DNA of 64,000 nt from Tubulanus polymorphus (lineage: Eukaryota; Animalia; Nemertea), in contig NC_134026.1 in NCBI RefSeq assembly GCF_964204645.1, positions 24,400,150-24,464,149 of the forward strand, written 5' to 3'. A program made the position numbers and the translations under genes. Positions 13,401-24,589 of the stretch are shown here, piece by piece. Below the pieces are notes generated by a model. It was not told the DNA's origin and searched no databases. It saw only the letters and a list, made by a program, of their open reading frames with translations. Numbering within the stretch: position 1 is the first letter of the stretch; each line of letters begins with the position of its first letter.

Positions 13401-16400
13401 TAGTTTCACAAATCCATCAACTTAGATGATATTTTGCAGCAATATAATATGGTTGTATAAATCGTTTTATCTCACATAACGCTATAACACGAGTTGCGTT
13501 ATTGGAGTCAGTGGTATATGACATGTTGATAGCCATTAATGATTATTAGCAAACCAAACCCCTGAAATCTGTGTGGCAGAAAGTCGTTGGGCGTTTCTCC
13601 GTGTGATACGCCGTGAACTGTAACAAGGGCATGATAAATTTCGGTTTTATCTAATGCGATAGTTTTCGTTCGATGCGGAAACGAATCGATAAATATAATG
13701 CATTAGTCGAGAAAAACGGCCAGTAACAATTTATTTTTCTTTTCTAATGTAGATTGATATCAATACAGTTGATTACTCGAAATACTGGAATCCGAAACTT
13801 GTCGTAGAGAACACGTACAGTGACGAACCGAAGGAAGATATCTGGCAGTCTGTGCAATTTGATAATAACGGCAAAGCTACTATGGTCGAAAAACGGCGAC
13901 TGAAAGGCACGTTCGCTGAGAACCTGGAATTAAAACATTTCCCATTTGACACACAGGTAAATAGAATGCCTTCCATGTTCTATTTATGCACAAATATGTG
14001 TCATCGAATATAATCAAATGCATTTACGGGGAAGATTTGATGTTAATTGCGTGTTTCTATGCCACTGTCACGTGTTTGCATATTTTCCTATGATTATTCG
14101 GTAATGCCAAGGTCATCTAGAAAATAAAAAACATCTATGAACTGTTGAAATAGCAATTTGAAACGATCAAATAGCAATTTATACGCTTAGGTAACGAGAA
14201 GTCAATCAAAATTGAAAGCAATTTCACCAAGGTTATGATGAAGTCAGTACTACACTTCTGTAAACGATTTTCATATTAATTTTTCTCAATGAACTAATGA
14301 TAATTTGGTTCTCAATGTGTCCATTAGTATCCACCACGATACCTGTGCACTACAGAAGCACAAAATAAATGTCTAGGTCTGAAACGTTTCATCGCTGGAG
14401 TTTCTGATTTATATTGGTAATATCCGGTTCAGTTTGCTGAATGAAGTCACCTTTTCATTGTTGATACAATTATCTAAGAGAAGAACGCTGCCATATTGCT
14501 AAACGATTGAACTTTTTTCTTTACGCAATGAATGCTAAAGGGTAAAGTAATATTGATAGATTCCAACGTTCTCGGGGATAATATCAAATAAGAGTATAGA
14601 AATAGTAAATAAACCTACGAATAAAAAACAACTCATGCACAGTTCTACTGATTGGATGATCGTCTAACATATAGTAAACCTCGGGCAAACTGAGACCGAC
14701 AAAAGCTAAGCAGAACCCCGGAACGAGGTAGCGAAAATCCGAATTAACGATAGGAAAATACGTTAGCTAGTTAAAATTATTTCGTGTTTGTCCGAGATAA
14801 TTGAGAAGCCGAGTTGGCCATCAGTTAGGCGGGTTTACTATACATATCTGTACATATCTGTGTTATAATGTATACATGATTTGTTCTGATTTCAGGACTT
14901 GTCAATAACAGTGGCAAGTGAACGATCAGATAAAGAGCTCGATCTTGTCGAGGACCCGAACAAACTCAGTTGCATTAATGTTCAGACTTTCGTAGATGCC
15001 CAAGAATGGGATCTGCATTCGCACGTCGAAGTGAATAAAAAATCTTCGTTAAAAGAATTTTCGGGCACGCCATATCGGTCGCCTGCCATGGTGTTTACGT
15101 GCCGAGCTGGAAGACGACCAGGATTCTTTATCTGGAATATTCTACTCGTCATGGTAAATACCAGTAATAAGTCATCATTTCAAAACGAATTTCAAATATA
15201 ATTGTCTGGAAAATAAGAACGAAGCCAAATGATATGAAATCCTATTCCCTTGCCATGATTTTCTTGTAAAACAGAATTGAGGGAAAAATCTACAGCTTGC
15301 GATCAATGATTCACTTGCTTTATGCGATTGAATTTTTTGCTAGTTCAGTCTTTGCAGTCAGTCGATTGGTTCACTAATCAATTCCTCACTCCATCTTTAT
15401 ATCACCATAGAAACGGGTAGCTCAAACATCCGCGTTATCTGATTACTATAGCTTCATGATGTTAGAGTTTGAGTTTGAGAGCTTACACATTTCTTTTTCG
15501 GAAAAAAAAATCTTACCTGCCTGGTAACTTTGTCACATCGATCTATCAACTGTAACTGATGTCTTTTTTAGTTTTTCATCTGTTGCCTCATATTCGCCAC
15601 ATTTTCCGTGAACGAAGAACTCGTCCAGAATCGTCTTCAACTGTCGTTTACGTTGGTTCTCACCGCCGTAGCATTTAAATTCGTTGTCAATCAAAGCTTG
15701 CCAAAAATATCCTATCTGACATATTTGGTAAGTGTATCATCATATCGCCCAGCTGTATAAATGTACCGGTATGATAGATATCTTGATGCGTCTACTGTCA
15801 AAAACCATTCAGCGGTAATCATATTACGGCAACGGATTTTTAATCTTCACAATCAAAAATAATGTCTGGCATTTTACATTATTCTATTGAATACGAGTAT
15901 GACATTTTATATTTATTTCTGGTATTTTTTTCAGGATAAATACATATTGGTTTCAATGACGTTGCTAATTTTAGTTAATTTCTGGCACGCGATTGTTCAT
16001 CGCCTGCTGTTCAAACAGATCGCTAATGGAAAATTCACGATAGACCAAGTGACCAGGGCTGATACGTGGGCAATAATAACGTTCGGCATTTTATTTGCCC
16101 TGTTCCACGTTCTGTTTATTTTGCACATATATTTCGGCGTGAGTAGCATGTATATAGATAAAAAACCGATAGAGTAGGAAAGATACGTCTGGTGATTTCT
16201 ATTCAATCGAAAACACATTTTTGGTGTACTTTGAATATTCATATTTATATCCAACAACATCAATCAGAAAGATTTTTTTAAGTATAAAGGAAACGATTTT
16301 TACCGTCTTTCAGGCGTTGAAGAGAAGGCGGGAAATGATACGAAAAGATCAAGAATACAAAGTACGTATGCGTGTGTAAATATAAAAACTGTTTCTTATT

Positions 16401-18244
16401 CCTAATTACCCTTCTCTCATGATGTAACAACACTGTGTAGTTTATACATATATGTATTTCGTTTCGTAGATAACTTTCGATGTCTGATGTAGTGCAGCAC
16501 CTGTTCTAAGTAAATACGTATATACTTTTTAAAAAATTTCGTTTACACCTTCCACCCATTACGTATAGCACTCTTACGCAGACGGTATTTCGACGAGGGA
16601 GTTTCGACTTGAAGTAACTGTTTGCGGCAGCTGTAAAAGCTCACCTTAGACAACGGGATCATTTCTATTCTTTTCTAATACATAATCGCCAAATGGTATT
16701 GTATTTGATAGAGACGACGGTTTATGTTCAACAGCGCCCTTACAGCCACGTCTAGCGTCGGGTTTGATCTATCCAGCGAAAGAAACATGGTGAGGACCGC
16801 GGGCCTGCACCTAACCGACTACGAAGAAGCCGATAATGTGGGCCATTTCATGCCTATAATATTAACTGCTGGTATTACTACCGGTACAGTTTAGTGTGTG
16901 CGTATGATACGTATTTTAGTATACAATTAGCGCAATTATTCAAACTATCTATTTTATGTTTGTTTATTTGCCTGTAACGACTATTTAACGCACCTGCACT
17001 GCTTTGATATACTCGCAGTCGCCTTGCAAAGAAAAATGAGAATAAATTCGCAGCTGCAAAATTATCTCGCGCCACAAAATCATCTGGTTTTGGGTGTCGC
17101 ATTTACATTAATTATATTCAAATCTAATTCCTGCTGTATTTGCATTTACACATTAAATTTCAAGAATCATTACGTTTATAGACGCGAATAATGGATGCAC
17201 CTGTGTCATATTTGATTAATTTAGGGCATGGAATAATCCTTCGTACTAAAAGACAGATAATTATCAATATCCAAAAAGGCATGAGTTACGCACGTGCATG
17301 TTTGAATAATGAGTGGTTTCATTTTATAGCACTGTGACGAAAGAGATCAAACCTGTCACTAAGTGTTTTCGGTTAGCGATGACCAATCCACGAATGAAAG
17401 TTGTTCATGTAACTATTATTCAATTGATATCTTCGCGGTAAATATGAGCGCGTGTAGGCCATCGAGATTCTTTTTCTCACGTTGAAATATAACGTGCATT
17501 TTGACCGTCCGACACGAACAACTCTGTATCCAAGCTGACGGGTAAGACACAGTGATATCTTAATTAACAATGATCCCAACCAAAGCATTCTAATCCATTA
17601 TAAGATTTTATTCATTATACGACTCTACTCAGATATCTATGAAAATCGCTTTCCTGGTACAACTTTTTAGTCTCAGAAAGGTGTACCGGGCGATCCATAT
17701 GGAGCTACATGGCTGAAAATGTTTGCACTAAATCTGGCCGCATTGATCTAGAATTGACTGATAACGATTACCAATTTTCATATCTATTTTTGTTTGTTTG
17801 CACCAACAAATCATTTCCAACTGCATGAATCTTGCTTAGTATTTGCCGAGGTAAGCCCACTGCAAACCTTTCCTTGCACTCATTAGATTTTACCGTATCC
17901 TGATGCATCCTGTATACATCGGAAAGGTATACAGCAGGCTTCAAGTATGAATACATAAGATACTGAAGTAGCTTTTCGCACAATACACTCAACTTTTATA
18001 TGCAATTTCTTTCACAAAGATGTCGCAAAAAATATCATATAGTTTAGCAATCACTTCTGCTTAAGGATAATGCCATTAATGTCAATTCTATTATCGTACA
18101 TACAAAACGCATAAAGTTTACGCGCGACGTCTTTTTAACTAATCATCTCTCCTTTCATTGTAGGAATTGTGCCTGAAATCAAAGACGATAGGCCTTAAAG
18201 CGCCGAAAGTGTTCGAAAATGCTGGATTCACTAGCTCGGCTTGA
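10476..18244 (+). CDS. Cys-less (Pro-loop) pentameric ligand-gated ion channel subunit
   Basis: Exons 10476/10491-10757, 12921-13049, 13753-13956, 14896-15153, 15572-15727, 15935-16138, 16314-16361, then 18164-18244 (or 16712-16894). pLGIC motifs: IGEIDTLKENYTADIFLYATW, YWNPKL, LELKHFPFDTQDL (no Cys pair), RRPGFFIWNI (M1), RLQLSFTLVLTAVAF (M2), LPKISYLTYLDKY (M2-M3), four TM helices. Confidence 0.93.
14672..14840. mobile_element. Tc1/mariner-type MITE in a channel-gene intron
   Basis: TA-TAGTAAACC ... GGTTTACTA-TA: short TIRs with TA target duplication. Confidence 0.55.
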
Positions 18245-18511
18245 TTATATTCGACTTAGAGAGTGTGCTGCAAGTCTGTGATAGATAATCACGAATGTAT
18301 TACAGAAAGACTATTCGTGAAAGACTATATTATTGCATTTCGTTAACACGGGTGACAAAATAGGTGATAAAATAGTTTCATCGCGTCGTCCAAACTGATC
18401 AAATATCTGATACGATACGGGGAGGCATCGTTCGACACCACCTTTTTCGTTTACTTTTGTAATTTCTCATAAACTGAATGGCCAAACATATGGGGTTTGT
18501 GTGAAGTATTG

Positions 18512-18702
<191 letters not shown>

Positions 18703-18758
18703 TTATTAAATATTCATAGTTTGGTTTTTAGTGAGAATCGGGTATAAAAACCTGTAAC

Positions 18759-19333
18759 CATCGCCGTGCACAGGGGATTCAAGGGTCGCAAGTGAACCCT
18801 CCTTTATAATGTAGGTGCCCTCCAAAGATTTGTGTTTCTGTTACAATAGGGGAAATATCATGATAAATAAACAGGTTGGAGAAGCACCTTTTACAGGAAA
18901 ACAGGAGCAGCGTGTCTACAGCACAGGGCAGTTCCAGGATGATCCAATTCAAAAATGGGTATAACATTTTCATCATAATTTCAAATGACTTGCTACGAAT
19001 CTCTACCCAGCTTATCGGCCGCACAACAAAATCCTCAAGAAGTCTGGGGGGGAGGGGCAGAAAGGACAAATCTTCATAAAAACTAAGTAATGATCGACAT
19101 ATTTAGCTGAAAGGGCCCCGTTACTGCAAAAGGAAATACATTGGGTATCTACAATGGCGGGGCATATCATGAAACCTAATTTCTTTGTGGCTGTCCTGGA
19201 ACTTATACTGTCCTATAGGCGGCGAATACTTTAAAAAGTAATCCGTTGTTTTCTTTTGTGTGCCCTTTCCCGTGAAAATTTGCCTTTTTTTCAAAAACCA
19301 GAACTGCCCCTTGAAAATCCTGCGCACGGCCAT
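18759..19333. mobile_element. degenerate non-autonomous DNA transposon, hAT-like ends
   Basis: Left CATCGCCGTGCACAGG versus right CCTGCGCACGGCCAT (imperfect inverted repeat); no convincing 8-bp TSD. Confidence 0.4.
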
Positions 19334-20162
19334 CATGGGAACCTCATACCTCTTATATGTTAGTTAGAATTTGTTTATTTTATAGTGTATAAATATAAAA
19401 CTTGAATAAAATCAATACTGTATAATGACGAATATGTAATTGTTATTTCGATGTTTGCATCGTGATTTAAATTAAAGAATTCGAAAATCAACGATGGGTC
19501 CAGTTTTTGAAGGGCTCAGCTATCCCCGTTCTTCACATGCGTGGTTGTTGTGATAATAAATTCCTCCTGATACGACGGTGGAATCTTCATCTCTCGTTAT
19601 TTATTAGGAACGTACGTGTATAAATATATCACGGTATTTTTTTCCAAACACATCTTCCGTGCAATCTCCCGTGCACCTGAAATCGGTTTGCTGCTGTGGT
19701 TTGATGTATATTCAGATATATGTTATACAAGTAGTTGAATTGAAATGTCGGTGACACATTTTTTCTAAAAATTCCCAGCTGTTCTGTGTAATGGACCTCA
19801 AATAGGATTTTACTGTGTTATGGGTATTGTCATTTCGTTCATATACCAATGTTACAGTTCCATGGATAGAAATTTCTTAATCACCCCTTTATCTCCCGAT
19901 GTATCTTTCTATTTCAGGTGAAATCAAGGAAATTCAATAATTCTTATGGGAAGAAGGGTTTACGCGCCGCTTTTAACCAGGCCTACGAACTTAGTGGTAC
20001 TCTCGTGTGATGGAGATGTTGAGACGGTCGTCGCGGTGGTTTGCGAAATTTTACAGGCGGCAGTTTTGTTCTACCATCAACCCCTACTTTTTAGGAGCTT
20101 GATCCACTGCGCAGGTCGAGAGATTATCTTGCTTTATCCATGGCAATCCTTGTTGATATTTT

Positions 20163-21660
20163 TTACAAATTATAATTTTGCATACATATAAAGACTGAAG
20201 AGAAAGGAACTTGATCAAAAAAGATCAAATGAACCTTTTTCTTAAGAGTTTGAAAAGTGTGAAAACGATATAGAACACTGCATAATAATGCTCAATTTCA
20301 TACTTCAGAGGCACTTACGTGGTTTGACAACTGGAACTGTCGAATATGCTAGTGAAATTTGTGATATGCTCTCAACCTTTAAAAATATTTTCGAATCAAT
20401 AATCATAGATCTATCTCATTATTACCTCTTATATTTTCAAATTGATAGACTTCAAGCTTCCTGTCCCCTTCCTGGCATTTTGTGACGTCAAGACGCCGGG
20501 CTAATAGTTCCGAATACGGAGCGCAGTATAAGAAGCCGTAATTGGTCCATATCAGCTTCCATCGCTCGGTCGTCGGTGACTTGATGCAGTCGATTGGTGT
20601 CATTATTTTTGTATCCATATATTCCAATATCTGGGCGCACATGCTAGTTCTCGTGTATCCAGATTCAACATCAGCTGAAGAAAGAAATAATCAAATGTCT
20701 AGTTTATCTAAAACTGGTGAGATTTTATTGATATAAGAATTCCAAATTCTTGCGAAAATTCATCATCTCGGGCGTTTCTTTCCTATACTATTTCCTTTAT
20801 GAATTTTCTTTTTAACTTACGCAATTTTGTATAAAGTAATCCATTTTGTGGACCAGATGAAGAGTCGCATTGGAATCGATGGATAGTGCATATCTTTTGG
20901 TAGAAACTGAATTGTAAGCATGTTGTTTGGGTGTTGCACTTCGAAACGCATTTCTCAAGTATCGTGTCCTTAAAATCGTAGTCGCGATCACCTGCATCCA
21001 AACACCCGGCGTCCAATCGTTTGATGTATTCAGCTGCACATACAATTGTAAGATTGTAAGATTGAGATTTGAGATGAAAATTAATCTTTACTCTGCCAGA
21101 GGAAGGTAGTATAATGGGGTGAATGAGAAGAGATAGAGAGAGATCTTTAGGGGTAATATTTAGACCTATACAGCAGGAGACGTTTGTTGTTTATGCGGAA
21201 GGCAGGTTGGAAAGGGTACTTGCTGAATACATTTAGTTACCGCTGGGATGGATCGATTGGGCCTGTTCACGCTAGTTTTGAACATGTAGTTTCATTGACG
21301 TGAGTCTTACAACCGCCTCGTGCAGACATCAAAATCCGACGATTTATCGCAAACTAAGTATATGATCCGTTTCCAACCTTATACATTCAAGAATCACAAT
21401 GGCGTACCGGCGATTTGGCGGTTCAGAGTTCCTTCTTAACAGATATATAGATGTAAAGACGTCTTCTTTGCATTTATGAACGGAAATTGAACCGCACAAA
21501 CATATTTCGTAAATAGAACATTCACTGATACGTTTAAGAAAAAAAACAGAATAGTACTATCATAAGAAGGTTGGTTGTGATGTTTACATGTTTTCTTACC
21601 TGCGTTTGTCAACGAACCTAGATAACAGATAATTACGGCTACCAGTCGACAGGAGATCAT
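20163..21660 (-). CDS. small secreted Cys-rich protein with a PAN/Apple-like module
   Basis: Exons 21660-21600 (signal peptide MISCRLVAVIICYLGSLTNA), 21033-20821 (GCLDAGD...LEKCVSKCNTQTTCLQFSFYQKICTIH, PAN-like C-x3-C-x5-C...C spacing), 20674-20426, and a tentative last exon 20194-20163; all phase-1 introns. Confidence 0.7.
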
Positions 21661-22252
21661 GATTTCCCCGATTCTGAATAGTAGAACTTCAGTACCGGTT
21701 ACAAAAGATACATCGTGCAGTAAACATGGTTATCTCGAGGAAGGTCTACTATGAAATATTCGTTTATGGCATTTGTGGTCAAATAAACTGCAGTGCAAGT
21801 GCGCGTTAATTGTTAATTAAATATTTGTCGCAGGAACAATCACGATGATCAATGGCCACACCAACACTTAAAAGCGACGTTCAGATGGAATCAGGAAATG
21901 GACAACGTAAAGCAATTAGCAGAGGATTATTGAATTCGTTTTGGTTTACCGTCCGGTGTAGCGAACGTATGGCAAAATCACCAAAATTTATATATATTGT
22001 TTCGAAATCTTGTCGTCCCACGAAACTAGTTCGAAAGTCGTTAACTGTATAAGGCCTTTTGAATTCAGGTCACGATATTAAATCATATTGTGATCATGAT
22101 ATAGACAATCATTCACATATATATGTGTATATATCAATACGGGTTTATAAGCGAAAATGTCGGGTATACGCAATTGGTTTAATGCGGTAATTCTGATCAA
22201 ATGCATCGGAGGTAAATGACAAGACGCCTTTTCTTTTCAGGAAACCCCACAT

Positions 22253-23574
22253 ATGAACAAATGTAGCCTACTGCTGTTAACTGTTTGTGTTTATTTCCTC
22301 GCAATTTATGATGTAGATTTGAAATATTTTTACTACACATGTAGTTATTCATGGACGCATTTGTGATGGTGGATCAGTGATTCCGTTCATTCCAGTTAGT
22401 GAAACGAATTACGAATGGTGAGAGGTGAAATTCCATCTCGTATTTTCCCAGCGCCGAAAAAAAACTTATCGATAACAAAATATGGGCATTATTTCATAGG
22501 ACATACGCGAATATACAAGACGATGGACGAAGACCACTGGGATTCATGAAAGGCACCTGGTATTATGACAATCCTTACGACGGACAGCTGTGTGTTCTAG
22601 TGAATAACACGAAAAATAGAAGAATTGAAGTAATGGTAAGTGTGACAGGAACGCGCTGATAAACTTCTTATGATGTGCACGAAGAGGAAGATAGATGTCC
22701 CTGAAGATGAAGAAGGGAAATATTTCCGAAATGCCTGGAAAACAGATTAATTTATATTATCATTTCGTCAATATTGTGGGTTTTGATTACTAAGTGCTGC
22801 CCCTGTTCGGTAAATTGATTAACTAAATTCATGATTTCGGACATGTTATTCTCTCGAAAAATAGTGCATTATTTCTGAGTGTGCGTCATTGTCAGGAAAC
22901 TAATATCTTCACGTTTATTTACGTTCAGGTACAAACTTCTCCACAGTCCAGAATATGGTAAGTTATTTACTTTTAAGTGAACACGGCTTTAATCGTTTGT
23001 TATGTATTATACATATTCTTAAAGCTTGAAACAATATTTCAGCGTAAGAAACAAGATTGACAGCCGCTGTAATCAGGTAACTCATTCCACATTCAATGGC
23101 ACAATAGGTCTTTTACGTTAATTCATAAATTGTCGAAAAATATTTTTCAGGAAATCGTATCATGTCTTCAGGCCCCGGATAATACGCCATCGACCATATA
23201 CGAATTTTATTGCGACGCTGAATGCTCACAAACAGACGTGAATTTTTGGTATCGTTTCACTGTATCCGACCCGGCAGGTTGTATCTTATGAGAAAATACA
23301 TCGTTGTCAACGTTTGTATTCCAGCGCTGACACTGATAATATAATAATTTTCATTGCAGCGAATGACCCGAATGATTGGTGCCTCGACCGAAATTCGGAC
23401 GAATTTCCCGAATCGCTGTTTGTGTTACCATATGTGCCCTCTCCGAAGCCAACTCACAGATCAAATTTTAATTCGTCGCCCAAAATCCATTCGTCGAATT
23501 GCGTTGTATCATCATCTTCTGCCTTACTAATTGTGCTGAATTTTTTAGATATCAAAAGATATGTATATCGATAA
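22253..23574 (+). CDS. uncharacterised secreted, possibly GPI-anchored, Cys-containing protein
   Basis: Seven phase-consistent exons 22253-22286, 22345-22417, 22500-22635, 22929-22957, 23043-23076, 23151-23277, 23360-23574, giving MNKCSLLLLTVF...GTWYYDNPYDGQLCVLV...YEFYCDAECSQTDVNFWYRF...DWCLDRNSDEFPESL, then a Pro/Ser stalk and a hydrophobic tail. The first splice junction is the least certain. Confidence 0.75.
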
Positions 23575-24589
23575 ACTGTTCTTAAATTCCAAATAAATCT
23601 CAGTGAGTTAGTTACTCTTGGTACATTAAAAATTCAACCAACTGACAGAAAAAACTTCCTTTAGCTTATGCATGGTAACGACCTGACATACTCATCCCAA
23701 CAGGATATCGACTATTACACGCGCCATTAAATGTGTAATTAACATGAAATGTACCGCTATCTCCATCATGTAACACATTGCAGCGACATTTTACGGGTAT
23801 TTCGTAACTTTTATTTGGTCATGGACCCTTAAAACGATTCACGTAGTAAAAAGGTTTTATTTTTCTGCGGCAAAAAGGTCTGGTGTCTGCCAGCCAACCT
23901 GAGTTCCCACAGTGTTCGTACAAGTGGTTTCGGGTCACTGGTGAGGTCAACGTTTCTGATATTCTGAATTTGGATGTCAAAACAAATTAAATTTGAGTAA
24001 CGAGTTTTTTCTGAACTTCAAAAACTCCATCCATGAAAAATGAGGCCACAACGTGATAGAAAGCATAATCCAAAATTCAGAAATTTGAATCGACTTTTCG
24101 AGAATTTGTTTCTATATTTATTTACAAGATTAGTTATTTACATAAATACTGAGGATATATTCACAAACCGAACACACGTTTACTGCTTTTTGTACTGCTT
24201 GCAGTACTATAATTGAGATACTAATGTTCCCTTTATCTTAATTAATGATAATTAAGAGCACCGGTAGAATAGTCTGACTCACGCGATACTCGTTGTAAAT
24301 CACCGGTCCCGGCGCTGATAACTTTATCCATGGTTTCAACGTGGTATTTCGCTATCTTCGACATTTCGCTAACTCGCCATCAAATATCGACGCATACGTT
24401 TTCTTATATAAAAGGTCAACTCGAAAGTTCCAATGGTATTATCTCGCTCAGGTGAATCATTGGTGAATGAAGGGAAAACGCGACGCAGGTGCGACCTTTT
24501 CAAATATCTACGATAACGGGATCTGATGGGCAAAACGGATTCATCAGATGACGTTATATATGAAACGAATTTGGCTCTCAATTAGCCGA

